Below are positions 28,000 to 38,448 of a DNA stretch of 64,000 bases, one piece after another. The position numbers were made by a program, and so were the translations under genes. The notes below the pieces were generated by a model. The model worked only from the letters and a program-made list of their open reading frames with translations, did not search any database and was not told where the DNA came from. Positions within the stretch are counted from its first letter, which is position 1. Every line of letters starts with the position of its first letter. Source of the stretch: Phycisphaeraceae bacterium (GTDB lineage Bacteria; Planctomycetota; Phycisphaerae; Phycisphaerales; Phycisphaeraceae); NCBI GenBank assembly GCA_963674705.1, contig OY771506.1, positions 3,680,001 to 3,744,000 of the forward strand. The letters are read 5' to 3'.

Positions 28000-29304
28000 T
28001 CAGGCGCTTTGTTTAGCGATTAGCGGAACAGGTGGAATCCCGCCTGCAATGTGTTGAGTTACATCGTCCGTCACTTCAACCGATGACAATCGCAGGCAAG
28101 CATCCAGCTTGTGTGCAGCTTCAGACCAACTGTGATGCTGGACAATCCATTCGTGGGCATCTTCACGTAGCTGTTTATTCAATAGGCCGTCGTACCAGGT
28201 GCGTTCGATCTGGTGAACCCATTCATCGGGATTACGGCAAATGAATAACGGCTTCATGTGCTCGGGCCAACTCAAGCCTTGTACGGCTCGTGGCGAGGCG
28301 ATGATCGGCAAGCCCATCGCGGCGGCTTCCAGCAGCTTGTTCTTGATCCCCGCTCCACAGCGCATTGGCAGGATGGTGGCCGCGGCGGTGTGCGCATAAG
28401 GGCGGATGTCGTCGACCTCGCCGACGAACTGGATCTGCGGGTGCTTGCCGAGTTGACGTACTTTTTCACAGGCGTTCTTGCCGACAATCTGCCAGCGCGT
28501 TTGTGGCTGACGCTCGATCAGTTTCGGGAATACCTTCTTCGCAAACCAGCGCACGGCATCGATGTTGGGTTCAAAATCGAGCCTGCCCCAGAAGACGAGT
28601 GTGCAAGGCGCGAAGGGTGTGTCGCTTGGCTTATAGAAGTCGGTATCCACGCCGTTGGGGATGTTGATGGCTTGCTTGGCGCCGGTCATGCGCTTGAGCA
28701 GTCTGGTATCGGTCGGGCTGACGCCGATGACAACGTCGAGCTTACGGGCGAAAAGACGTTGCAGCATTGCGTAGAGTGCTGCGAGGTACAGGCGGTGTTT
28801 GAGCGAGAAGATGCCTTCACGTCGTAGGCACGACATCTGGAAGTTGACTGGTTCGTCTGCTGCGTACCAGACGGTTTTCATCTCTGGCAGTTCGGGCCGC
28901 AGAGCTTCCAAGCCTTGCAGCATGATCGGGCCGTGCTGACCGAGCGAGATGATGGCTTTGGGTTTGTATTGTCTAACCAGTGGGATCAGGCCCGCCAATT
29001 CACGTGTTTCTAATGCCTGGTGGCGTGCAAGGCGTTTACGCATGCCGGCAAACCAGCCCTTCCAACCCTGCATGAATAGCTCGTGATCGCTGTCGTCGGC
29101 CTCAGGCCAATCGACGAGCATGTTCTTGAGCCAGAACTCGCAATGCTGGGTGGTTGGACGGAGGCTGGCCATGCGGACGGTCAGGCCCTGATCGGCCAGG
29201 GCACGTGCCATCTGGCAGCCGTGCACGCGGAAACCCTGATCGGGCGGCCACAGCGACTGCTCGCTGATAAACAGGACATCGGTCTGTGGCTTGTCTTGTG
29301 GCAT
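28000..29304 (-). CDS. GT4 glycosyltransferase
   Basis: IPNGVD, PNIDA, GAGIKNKLLEAAAMGLP. Confidence 0.92.
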   Translation of the reverse strand: MPQDKPQTDVLFISEQSLWPPDQGFRVHGCQMARALADQGLTVRMASLRPTTQHCEFWLKNMLVDWPEADDSDHELFMQGWKGWFAGMRKRLARHQALETRELAGLIPLVRQYKPKAIISLGQHGPIMLQGLEALRPELPEMKTVWYAADEPVNFQMSCLRREGIFSLKHRLYLAALYAMLQRLFARKLDVVIGVSPTDTRLLKRMTGAKQAINIPNGVDTDFYKPSDTPFAPCTLVFWGRLDFEPNIDAVRWFAKKVFPKLIERQPQTRWQIVGKNACEKVRQLGKHPQIQFVGEVDDIRPYAHTAAATILPMRCGAGIKNKLLEAAAMGLPIIASPRAVQGLSWPEHMKPLFICRNPDEWVHQIERTWYDGLLNKQLREDAHEWIVQHHSWSEAAHKLDACLRLSSVEVTDDVTQHIAGGIPPVPLIAKQSA

Positions 29305-29314
29305 GATCGTTCAC

Positions 29315-30469
29315 TCAAGCGGCCTGCTTCAAGCGGCGGCTTGGGTGCTCCTGGTTGACGGCATATTCGATCGCCCGGGCGAATTGCTCGGCAGTATTCA
29401 GCCAGGTGAATTCGTTGAGCCTGTTCTTGCCACGGGCGACCAGCTCCCGGCGATAGACCGGATCGGTCAGCAGTTTGCTCATGGCTTTGGTGATGGTGTT
29501 GAAGTCTTTCGGGTCGACGATCAGTGCGGCGTCGCCTGCGACCTCTGGCAGGCTTGTGCGGTTGCTGGTGATGACCGTTGTGCCGGCGGCGAAGGCTTCG
29601 AGGATCGGCAAGCCAAAACCTTCGGATAAACTCGGGTATACCAGCACGTCCGCCAGACGCAGCAGCTTGGGGATGTCTTCTTCGTCGGCAAAGCCGTGAA
29701 GGATGACGCTGTTCTCGGTACCGAGTCGTGCACTGCAGGTGGAAAGCTCGGCTTGTGCTTTGGCGTCGAGTCCGACAACGAGCAGGCGTGCGTGGTTCTT
29801 GATGAGCTTGCGTTGCCCGGCCCACGCTTCGATGACGCGACGGGTGTTCTTGCGTGGATCTGCTGCGCCGAAGTGCAGGACGAAGGGCGGCTCGACGCGG
29901 TACTTTTCGAATAATCGGATACGGTCTTTGAGGCCGACGGGTCCGGGCCTGCCGAAGTCCGCCCAGGGCGTGACAAAGACGCGGTCCGCACCGGCGTTCA
30001 TATCATTGATAAGTCGGTTGCGTGTGTAATCACTGGGGCAGTTGATCGCGGAGGCTTTAGCGCAGGCGGTGCGGATGGATCGCTCGAAGCGTTGGGTATG
30101 CTTTAGCGGTAGTTCGCCGGGCATGTCCAGCGGGATCAGGTCGTGGATGGTCACGACGGTGGGGATGGGCATCCATTCCGGGCAGTGGTTGGCTGGATTG
30201 TGAAGGACGTCGACGCGGTCTTTCCGGCAGGCCAGGGGCAAACGGAAGCGGTCCCATGCGTTGAAGCGGTCCCCGCGTATCTCGATGAAACGTGGCTGGA
30301 AGTAATCGCCGGGCAGGAGGGTTTCCAGTTGGCCCTTTGTGCGGTGGTACGCAATCACCTGCCAGTCCGGTCGCACGAACGGCAGGTGCTGATAGAGCGC
30401 CAGCAGGCTCTTGCCGATCCCGCGACGTTCGGGGGCGTAGATGGTGCGTGCGTCCAGGGCGATGCGCAT
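29315..30469 (-). CDS. GT4 glycosyltransferase (mannosyltransferase-like)
   Basis: VVTIHDLIP, PRKN, YPSLSEGFGLPILEAFAAG, SLPEVAGDAA. Confidence 0.93.
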   Translation of the reverse strand: MRIALDARTIYAPERRGIGKSLLALYQHLPFVRPDWQVIAYHRTKGQLETLLPGDYFQPRFIEIRGDRFNAWDRFRLPLACRKDRVDVLHNPANHCPEWMPIPTVVTIHDLIPLDMPGELPLKHTQRFERSIRTACAKASAINCPSDYTRNRLINDMNAGADRVFVTPWADFGRPGPVGLKDRIRLFEKYRVEPPFVLHFGAADPRKNTRRVIEAWAGQRKLIKNHARLLVVGLDAKAQAELSTCSARLGTENSVILHGFADEEDIPKLLRLADVLVYPSLSEGFGLPILEAFAAGTTVITSNRTSLPEVAGDAALIVDPKDFNTITKAMSKLLTDPVYRRELVARGKNRLNEFTWLNTAEQFARAIEYAVNQEHPSRRLKQAA

Positions 30470-30646
30470 ACAGGTAAACCTAGTGAATAACCAGCCAGTT
30501 ACGCTGGTTACATCGGGTGCTGGACGGTGCTTGTTAAGCCCGAACCCGGCCTAATTGGCATAATCGATACAGTCTGACATACCCTGATATTGACAACTGC
30601 CTGGTGGGGTACAATCGCTGTGTTTATCGGCCTAAAATCAGCTTGA

Positions 30647-31267
30647 ATGATGCAACTGCTGGATCAGGACATTCCGATGCCGAGGCAGGACCCGCCGACG
30701 TGGGCGGGGATGGTCGAAGATTGTCTTCAATGCGTTCGCCAGGTCCGCAAAGAGTTATATGACGGGGAAGATCCAAGCATCGCGTTCGCGGTCGATCAGG
30801 TGTTCGCCGCGGATCTGATCTCGCAGCTCTGGCAGGACATGCGTGTGCAGGTGATGGAACACGATCGGCTGTATGTTCCCGCTGATATCGCCAAACGAAA
30901 CGAGCTGGACCTGGTGCTGATGCGTAAAGCGTTGAGCGTTGATACGGACCGCGGCTGTGATGGTACGGCTCGTGATGGATCGTGCGATTGTTCGAACATG
31001 CCCGGCGCTGCGATGCGGCTTGTGGTGCCGGCGTATCAGCAGACGATGCGGGAACTGGTTAAACGGACGGAGTTATTGTTGCGGGAAGGGTGGGATGGGG
31101 CGCGGAAGTTGCCGGGGGTTGAACGGCAGGTGTTACTCGGGGTAGTCGTCGAGACGCGTGCGAGGTTGGGGCTGATCGCGCAGCGCGGATATGACACGAT
31201 GTCACGTCGGCCTGAGATGGGGGGGCTGATGCGCGGGTGGTGGCGGTTGCGTGGGAGGTTTATGTAG
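30647..31267 (+). CDS. Truncated/degenerate squalene-phytoene synthase (HpnC-like) homolog
   Basis: QLWQD....EHDRLYVP, ELVKRT..LL.EG and I...GYDT..RRP resemble the HpnC C-terminal half; Asp-rich motifs absent. Confidence 0.55.
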   Translation: MMQLLDQDIPMPRQDPPTWAGMVEDCLQCVRQVRKELYDGEDPSIAFAVDQVFAADLISQLWQDMRVQVMEHDRLYVPADIAKRNELDLVLMRKALSVDTDRGCDGTARDGSCDCSNMPGAAMRLVVPAYQQTMRELVKRTELLLREGWDGARKLPGVERQVLLGVVVETRARLGLIAQRGYDTMSRRPEMGGLMRGWWRLRGRFM

Positions 31268-31418
31268 GGTTGGTGTAGGGCAAGATCGCTAAGCCGCAAG
31301 CGGCTTTGGGGGTGGGGGAAATATTCAACTTTTGTGCGCATGAAAAACCCGCGACGATTGGCCGCGGGTCGTCAGGGTTTGTGACTACAGTTGTGAAGTA
31401 GTCCGGGTTATCTTTGTA

Positions 31419-32048
31419 TTACTTACTGACGCGTTTGATGCCGCAGCCCTTGGAGGTTGTCTTGGTGTAGGGCAGTTCTTCGCCGGCCAGGACTGCGTTG
31501 ATTACGGGTTCAAGATAGTTCTCTTCCATCTCGCCGCACTTTTCGGGGCTGGTGGGGACCTGTTCAGCGCCGCCCATGTAAAGCAGCGTCTGCGCTTCAT
31601 CATCGTCGATGACGTAGATGTGCGGGGTGGTCTTGGCGTTGTAGGCATCGGCGATCACGTTGTTGGTGTCTTTGAGGATCGGGTAGGGGATGTTGTGCTG
31701 CTGGTGGTATGAGCCGACCTCTTCGGTGGTTTCGTTCTTGTTAGCGTTGATGGCGAGGAAGGCAACGTTCTTGTCAGCGTACTGCTGGCTCAGTGGGGAG
31801 AAGTAACGCTGGTAGCCGCCGGATTCACGCATGCGGTCCCACGGACAGTTGATGCTCTGGAACGCGATGACGACGACCTTACCCTTGTAATCGGCGAGGC
31901 TGACATCCTGTCCGGTGACGACATCCTTGAGCATGAACTGCGGCGCGGCTTCACCGAGGGTTGGGTCGACACGGTCGCCGGCCAACGCTGGCGCAGCAGT
32001 AATCGCTAATGCAAGCAGCAAAGAAAATACTTTGGCAATCTGAATCAT
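31419..32048 (-). CDS. Exported redoxin (AhpC/TSA, thioredoxin fold)
   Basis: Signal peptide; GEAAPQF.L, SINCPW, AKTTPH, GCGIK. Confidence 0.85.
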   Translation of the reverse strand: MIQIAKVFSLLLALAITAAPALAGDRVDPTLGEAAPQFMLKDVVTGQDVSLADYKGKVVVIAFQSINCPWDRMRESGGYQRYFSPLSQQYADKNVAFLAINANKNETTEEVGSYHQQHNIPYPILKDTNNVIADAYNAKTTPHIYVIDDDEAQTLLYMGGAEQVPTSPEKCGEMEENYLEPVINAVLAGEELPYTKTTSKGCGIKRVSK

Positions 32049-32205
32049 GGTGTTCTCCTTATGCGGTTGAATGAGGGTTCTGGCTTTTACAACTGGTGAC
32101 CTTGGCGCATCACCAGCGTTATTTACGTAACGACAAATGCATGGTTCGCCGACTCACGAATAAGCGTGTTATCCCCAACAAGAGAATTTACTGTCGCTTT
32201 TAATG

Positions 32206-33435
32206 CTAACGCCCGATCCAGCCTTTACTGCGGAAGTACCAGAGCAGTCCGCCGACGACAGAGATACAAACCAGCCAGAAGGCCGGATAGCCGAACTTCC
32301 AGCTTAGCTCAGGAATGAACTCAAAGTTCATCCCATATATTCCAGCAAGAAATGTGATTGGGATAAAAAGTGTTGCCATGATGGTCAAAACCTTCATGGT
32401 CTCGTTCATGCGGTTGGACACAGCGGACATGTGAAGATCGGTTAGTCCGTTGGCGTTTTCGCGGAAGGTTTCAATGATTTCCACGATCTGGACGGTGTGT
32501 TCGTAAACATCACGCAGGTAAGTGCGTGTGACCTTGGAGACGGCCGGGTGTTCCGTGTCGCGCATCGTCGCGACGACCTCGCGCATAGGCCAGATCACGC
32601 GGCGCAGGACAGAAAGCTCTCTTTTAATTGCGTGGACTTGCGCCAGCGACCGGTCGTCGGGTTCTTCCAGCACTTTCGCTTCCAGCTCTTCCAGCACATC
32701 GCTGTAGCGTTCGAGGATCGGGAAGCAGTGGTCGACCAACGCGTCGAGCAGGGCATAAATCAGGAAGCTTGGGCCGTGTTGTCGCAAGCGGGAGTTGTCC
32801 CGGTTGATGCGTTCGCGGATCGGATCCCAGACGTCGCCGTGCATCTCCTGGAAAGTAATGACCAGTTTGCCCGACATGAACATGCTTATCTGCTCGGCAA
32901 GTAATCGGTCATCGATCAGGCGCATCATGCGCGAGATGATGAACAGGTCGTTTTCGTAAGGCTCAAGGCGTGGGCGCTGCGGTACGTGCAAAACATCTTC
33001 GGCTGCCAGTGTGTGCATGCCGACCGCTTCGCGAACCTTGTTGATGACCCACGGGTGCAGGCCATCGATATTGATCCAACGGACACGTGTCCAGTCTTCG
33101 ATCGGTTTTGCGAGTAGTGCTTCAAGATCATCGATGTCAGCGACTTCGACTTTGTCTTGGCCGTAGTTGATGCATTGAATGCGAACGGTGTCCGGCGGCG
33201 GCGGCGTATTAACGTCCGGCTCATGCTCGATGCCGGCGACTGAACCCGGCTTGTAGCTCTGAGCGTGTCGACTACCCTTACGCCCAAGCCCCGGCAGGTG
33301 CATCGCGGAACTGACATACTTCCCGACGGTCCCGACCGAGCCGACGGCGTGGTCGATCGCGCCACCGATCAGGCTACCGATCACGTGCCCGGGTGTGCGG
33401 TGGTTCCTGCGTCGGGATGGTTCGTTCTCAGCCAT
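32206..33435 (-). CDS. corA: Magnesium/cobalt transporter CorA
   Basis: WINIDGL, EDVL..QRP, YGMNF..IPEL. Confidence 0.95.
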   Translation of the reverse strand: MAENEPSRRRNHRTPGHVIGSLIGGAIDHAVGSVGTVGKYVSSAMHLPGLGRKGSRHAQSYKPGSVAGIEHEPDVNTPPPPDTVRIQCINYGQDKVEVADIDDLEALLAKPIEDWTRVRWINIDGLHPWVINKVREAVGMHTLAAEDVLHVPQRPRLEPYENDLFIISRMMRLIDDRLLAEQISMFMSGKLVITFQEMHGDVWDPIRERINRDNSRLRQHGPSFLIYALLDALVDHCFPILERYSDVLEELEAKVLEEPDDRSLAQVHAIKRELSVLRRVIWPMREVVATMRDTEHPAVSKVTRTYLRDVYEHTVQIVEIIETFRENANGLTDLHMSAVSNRMNETMKVLTIMATLFIPITFLAGIYGMNFEFIPELSWKFGYPAFWLVCISVVGGLLWYFRSKGWIGR

Positions 33436-34610
33436 CAGTTGTCTGCATTGTCCTTGTTAACCATCCTGACCTCAAGCGGCCGCAGCGTATCCAGGTGGAC
33501 ATCGCGCTGCGGGAAGGCGATTATGATACCTGCTTCGCGAGTCAGTTCATCGAAGCGGAAACGCACATCGCTCTGGATTTTCTTAAGGTCCATCGGTCGG
33601 CTCAAACGCGACCAGAAGTAGCCCTCGAAGATCAGCGCGTTATCGCCGAACTCTTCGAAAAGGATGATCGGCTCGGGCGTCATGTGGATCAGTTTGTGTT
33701 CATCAAGTGCCTGCCGGAACAGTTTTGCCACCTTATCGGTGGGTGAACCATACGCCACGCCGACGACGACTTTGCCACGCACATCGCGATCGGTAAGTGT
33801 CCAGTTGACGACGGGCTGTTCGAGGAAGTGGCTATTGGGGATCAGCACATCTATACCGTCGGATCGGCGTAGCGTGGTGCAACGATTGTTGATCGCTTCG
33901 ATGATACCCTCATGGTCACCGACCTCGACTATGTCACCGAGTCGGATCGGCCTTTCGAGCATGATGATGAGGCTGGAGATCAGGTTGTTAAACAGGTTCT
34001 GCGCCCCGAAGCCGATGCCGATGGCAACCGCACCGCCGATGACGGTAAAGATCGTGATCGGTATGCCGGCGATGGGCATCGCGGACAGGACTAGGATGAC
34101 CGCCAGGACATTGAAGACAATGTTTTGTATTACGGCCGCGGCGTGAGAGTCGATGCGCTGGATGCGTGAGATGCGTCTGCGGACCAGAACCGAGACACGC
34201 TTACTAACCCAGAGCCCGACAAGGATGATCAATAACGCCAGTACGATCTGGTTGAGCTTGATCGGGCTCCCGCTTGCGCTGAACAGCTCCGCCCGCCAGA
34301 TCGTCAGCAATACACCAACGATGGTCCATTCCTTGGGCTGCTTCTCAGCACTGCCGGGTTGTTCTTGAGTTGGTTGTGGGTTGGCAGATGGCGTCACCTC
34401 ACCGGAGGCATGATCGCTCATCTCCAGCACGGGCGGGACTTCGGAACTGACAGAAGTGCTGTCGGGGTTCTGATTAACCTGGGATGTGGGAGCTGTCTCG
34501 GTCTGCTGTGCGAGTGTGAGTGAGTTTGCAGCAAGCAGCAACAAAATGCCCAGCATGACTGGCAGGGCAAAAATGGACTGACGGCAGATCGGCTTTATTC
34601 GCTGACGCAT
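33435..34610 (-). CDS. MscS-family mechanosensitive channel
   Basis: GIGFGAQN, ERPIRLGD, IPNS, VGVAYGS, IAFPQRDVH. Confidence 0.93.
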   Translation of the reverse strand: MRQRIKPICRQSIFALPVMLGILLLLAANSLTLAQQTETAPTSQVNQNPDSTSVSSEVPPVLEMSDHASGEVTPSANPQPTQEQPGSAEKQPKEWTIVGVLLTIWRAELFSASGSPIKLNQIVLALLIILVGLWVSKRVSVLVRRRISRIQRIDSHAAAVIQNIVFNVLAVILVLSAMPIAGIPITIFTVIGGAVAIGIGFGAQNLFNNLISSLIIMLERPIRLGDIVEVGDHEGIIEAINNRCTTLRRSDGIDVLIPNSHFLEQPVVNWTLTDRDVRGKVVVGVAYGSPTDKVAKLFRQALDEHKLIHMTPEPIILFEEFGDNALIFEGYFWSRLSRPMDLKKIQSDVRFRFDELTREAGIIIAFPQRDVHLDTLRPLEVRMVNKDNADN

Positions 34611-34751
34611 GTTAGATGTTTATAGCTCAGGTTGACTCGGTAAGAAAGATGGCGGATTGACCTGCCCATGTTGTAGGTTGCATTTTACACGAATGTTATA
34701 ATACCGGGATCTAATTTGTCTATTGACCCTACAGTGGCATAGTATTTCCTC

Positions 34752-35642
34752 ATGAAACGTCTACGCGTCGCCTCATTACAGTATTACATGCGTCCGGTCC
34801 AACGGTTTGAGCAGTTTGTGGACCAGGTTGAATCCCTTGTCTGGACCGCCAGGGACTACAACGTCAAGCTGCTGGTGTTCCCGGAGTATTTCACCGCACA
34901 GTTGCTGACGTTGAACAATATCAAGATGCCGATCAAGGAACAGATCCGCCACCTCGCTGAGTACGAGCACCGTATCGTCGAACTGATGAAGCGGTTGGCC
35001 AAGGACAGCGGTCTGTACATCGTCGGCGGGACACTGCCGGCGATGGACCCGCCGGACACCGTTACCGTTTACAACGAGTGCTACCTCTACAGCCCCAACG
35101 GCAACTGGGACGTACAGGGCAAACTGCACATGACCCGCTTCGAGAAGGAGGAGTGGATCGTCAGCCCGCACAAGAAAATGAAGATCTTTGACACCGAGAT
35201 CGGCAAGTTGGCGATCACCATCTGCTACGACGTCGAGTTCCCCGAGTTGGCGCGGGCGGCGGCAAGACAGGGCGCCTACCTGCTGATTGTTCCAAGCTGC
35301 ACGGATGACCGCCAGGGATTTCTCCGCGTCCGGTACTGCGCCCAGGCCCGGGCCATCGAGAACCAGATGTACGTCGTCCACTCCGGCACGGTTGGTTCAT
35401 TGCCCATGGTCCCGGCGGTCTCGCTGAACTACGGGCAGGCATCGATCCTGACCCCCAGCGACTTCGCCTTCTCCCGTGACGGCATCCTTGCCGAAGGCGT
35501 GCCCAACCAGGAATCCGTGGTGATCGGCGACCTTGATATGGATAGAATTGTGGAAACCCGTGAATCAGGGACTGTGCTCCCCCTGACCGATAGCATGAGC
35601 ACAGCTGAGGTGACTTCAAAACTCGAAGTCGTCAATTTATGA
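34752..35642 (+). CDS. Carbon-nitrogen hydrolase (nitrilase superfamily)
   Basis: Catalytic triad FPEY / K.H / ICYD.EFPE; ARAIENQ. Confidence 0.93.
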   Translation: MKRLRVASLQYYMRPVQRFEQFVDQVESLVWTARDYNVKLLVFPEYFTAQLLTLNNIKMPIKEQIRHLAEYEHRIVELMKRLAKDSGLYIVGGTLPAMDPPDTVTVYNECYLYSPNGNWDVQGKLHMTRFEKEEWIVSPHKKMKIFDTEIGKLAITICYDVEFPELARAAARQGAYLLIVPSCTDDRQGFLRVRYCAQARAIENQMYVVHSGTVGSLPMVPAVSLNYGQASILTPSDFAFSRDGILAEGVPNQESVVIGDLDMDRIVETRESGTVLPLTDSMSTAEVTSKLEVVNL

Positions 35643-36385
35643 ACCCCCACAGATCCTCTTCAAACATCATTATCCGCCAGGCATGCCCCGAAGACTTCAA
35701 CCAGATCATTGAAATGGGTCGGCTGATCTACTCGGACCTTGGCACCTGGTCGATCAGGCATCTTGAATCACACCAGAAAATCTTTCCCGAAGGCCAGCTT
35801 GTTGCCGTCGATCAGGACACGGGCAATCTGGTCGGGTCATCCTCGAGCCTTATCGTGCTTTGGGACGACTACGACCTGCGCGATTCCTGGCACGACTTCA
35901 CCGACCACGGGATGTTCACCAACCACGACACGCAGGGGCATACGCTTTACGGCGCTGACGTGATGGTCCATCCCCATCAGCAGGGCCGGGGCATCGGTAA
36001 GCTCATCTACAAGGCCCGCCGCGAGTTGACACGCCGGTTGGAGCTTCGTCGTATCCGCGCCGGCGCAAGGCTACGCAATTATGGCAAGTTCAAGGATCAG
36101 ATGTCGCCCGAGGATTACGTCCTGCGGATAATCTGCGGCGAGATTGGCGATCCGACCCTCTCGTTTCAGATCAAGCAGGGCTTCCGCGTGTTGGGTGTTG
36201 TGCGAGACTACCTGCATCATGACGAGGAGAGTTGCGGCCACGCCGCGGTCATCGAGTGGGTCAACCATCAGGCCGCCACACGCAAGGACACGTACGGCCG
36301 GGATCGCAAGTTCGCCAAACCTCGCAAACGTTCTATGAAACCCATGTCCAACATGCAAGACAACGACGACGGGCACGATATTTAG
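35639..36385 (+). CDS. GNAT acetyltransferase coupled to the C-N hydrolase
   Basis: FPEGQ, VHP..QGRGIG, DPTLSFQ; ATGA overlap. Confidence 0.9.
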   Translation: MNPHRSSSNIIIRQACPEDFNQIIEMGRLIYSDLGTWSIRHLESHQKIFPEGQLVAVDQDTGNLVGSSSSLIVLWDDYDLRDSWHDFTDHGMFTNHDTQGHTLYGADVMVHPHQQGRGIGKLIYKARRELTRRLELRRIRAGARLRNYGKFKDQMSPEDYVLRIICGEIGDPTLSFQIKQGFRVLGVVRDYLHHDEESCGHAAVIEWVNHQAATRKDTYGRDRKFAKPRKRSMKPMSNMQDNDDGHDI

Positions 36386-36515
36386 TCTTCTTACGATCTG
36401 CCTGTAAGGCCGTACCCCGGTGAAGTGAACGTAAAGGCCGGTATTGCTAGCCGCCTCGCTACATGCTGGAATCGGCTTCAGGTGCGACCCACACATGTGA
36501 CGTGTCTCCTGTGGT

Positions 36516-37547
36516 ATGATTCGCGCCATGCCGGCCGTATCTGTTGAACATTTAAGCAAAACGTTTGAAGTCGCAGACAAACTCCCGGGGCTCATGGGCA
36601 CCCTGCGCCACTTCGTGCACCGTAAGTACCGCAAGATCGAAGCGGTCAAGGATGTCAGCTTTCACATCGAGCCCGGCGAGGTGGTTGGCTTCCTCGGGCC
36701 GAACGGCGCCGGCAAGACCACCACACTCAAGATGCTGACCGGCCTGATCCATCCGAGCTGCGGCAAGGTCGATGTGCTCGGGCAGGAGCCGTTCAAACGT
36801 CGACCCGACCTGCTTAAAGAGTTCACGCTCGTGATGGGCCAGAAGCAGCAGATGATCTGGGACCTGCCGCCGAGCGAATCCCTGCGGATCAACGCCGCGA
36901 TCTATGGCATCCCGGAGAAAGAAGCACAGCGACGCATCGATGAACTTGCGGGCATGCTGTCATTGAGCGATGAACTGACCCGTCCCGTTCGTAAGCTGTC
37001 GCTCGGTGAGCGTATGAAAAGCGAACTGATGGCGGCGCTCATTCATTACCCGAAGATCCTGTTCCTGGATGAGCCGACGCTCGGGCTGGATGTGAACGCC
37101 CAGACCGCGGTGCGTGCTTTCCTGCGTGAATACAACAAAAAGCACGGCGCATCGATCCTGCTGACCAGCCACTACATGGCAGACATCACCGCACTGTGCG
37201 ATCGTGTCATCATGATCCACCACGGCGGCCTGCTCTACGACGGCAGTCTTGCGGGTGTGATCGAGCGCTTCGCCCCGTTCCGTGAGGTGAAACTGGAACT
37301 CGGTTCGGAAGCGGACGAGAACCTGATGACGCGGTTTGGTGAAGTTGAAAGCGTCGAGGGCAGGGCGGTCAGGTTGTTGGTCCGCCGAGAGGAACTGACA
37401 GCGACGGTTGATCGGTTGCTGGATGAGTTGGAAGTGACCGACCTGACGGTAACCGACCCGCCGATCGAGGAAGTGATCGGCCGGGCGTTTAATACAGACA
37501 AGGACGAGATGGCGGCCGTTGATGCTCGCGGGGGGGCGGACCAATGA
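36516..37547 (+). CDS. ABC transporter ATP-binding protein
   Basis: GPNGAGKTT, LSLGERMK, LDEPTLGLD, TSHYM. Confidence 0.95.
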   Translation: MIRAMPAVSVEHLSKTFEVADKLPGLMGTLRHFVHRKYRKIEAVKDVSFHIEPGEVVGFLGPNGAGKTTTLKMLTGLIHPSCGKVDVLGQEPFKRRPDLLKEFTLVMGQKQQMIWDLPPSESLRINAAIYGIPEKEAQRRIDELAGMLSLSDELTRPVRKLSLGERMKSELMAALIHYPKILFLDEPTLGLDVNAQTAVRAFLREYNKKHGASILLTSHYMADITALCDRVIMIHHGGLLYDGSLAGVIERFAPFREVKLELGSEADENLMTRFGEVESVEGRAVRLLVRREELTATVDRLLDELEVTDLTVTDPPIEEVIGRAFNTDKDEMAAVDARGGADQ

Positions 37548-38377
37548 CCGCGGCGACTAGCGAAAGCGTCGGCTTGATTTCTAAGTTCCGTGTGATGTTC
37601 AGCGTGCATTACGCGGAGATGCTCACGTACCGCGCAGAGATCGCACTGTGGGCGGTCGCCACGATGCAGCCTTTGATCATGATGGGCATCTGGTCGGGGG
37701 CCGGGGCGTCGGGGCATTTCGACTTTGACCAGATTGGTGTCCAACGCTACTTCATCGTGGTCTACATCATCCGCCAGATCACCGTCGTCTGGACGATCTT
37801 TCACTTCGAGTGGCTGGTTGTCACCGGGCGGCTCAGCCCGATGCTGCTGCACCCGGTCGACCCGAGTATTCGGTTCATCCTCATGCATCTCGGCGAGCAA
37901 TGGACACGCCTTCCATTCGCTCTGTTGTTCGCGGGGCTGTTCCTCGCGGCGTATCCCCAGACCGTTACCGGCGGGCCGGGCGGTGAACTGTGGTGGCCCG
38001 GTGTGGGAAACATCCTGCTTGCGATCTTCTTCAGCTACTTCGCCTTCATCCTGCTTTTCTATATGCAGTACACGTTGTGCATGGCCGCCTTCTGGTACGA
38101 GCGGGTCGCCGCGATGGATTCGCTGATCTTTCTGCCGTACATGTTCCTCTCGGGCATGATCTTCCCCTTCGAGGTACTGCCTGATACGGCACGTGAGGTG
38201 TTGCTCTGGACGCCGTACCCCTACATGGTCTGGTTCCCCGCGTCGCTGGTCGTGCACGGCGAGGCCCCCGTTATCAAAGGCCTGCTCATCATGACCTGCT
38301 GGCTGGTCGTGTTCTATGGCTTATCCAGATGGCTCTGGCACAAAGGACTCAAACATTACTCGGCGATGGGAGCTTAA
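37544..38377 (+). CDS. ABC-2 family permease (DUF990-like)
   Basis: Multi-TM; G.LS..LL.P, SG..FP, GL.HYSAMGA. Confidence 0.88.
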   Translation: MTAATSESVGLISKFRVMFSVHYAEMLTYRAEIALWAVATMQPLIMMGIWSGAGASGHFDFDQIGVQRYFIVVYIIRQITVVWTIFHFEWLVVTGRLSPMLLHPVDPSIRFILMHLGEQWTRLPFALLFAGLFLAAYPQTVTGGPGGELWWPGVGNILLAIFFSYFAFILLFYMQYTLCMAAFWYERVAAMDSLIFLPYMFLSGMIFPFEVLPDTAREVLLWTPYPYMVWFPASLVVHGEAPVIKGLLIMTCWLVVFYGLSRWLWHKGLKHYSAMGA

Positions 38378-38448
38378 GGCAAACGCTAATTGCTGATCTG
38401 AAATCGTTAATGTGAGGAACATTAGCGATTAGCAATTACAGATTCGAG

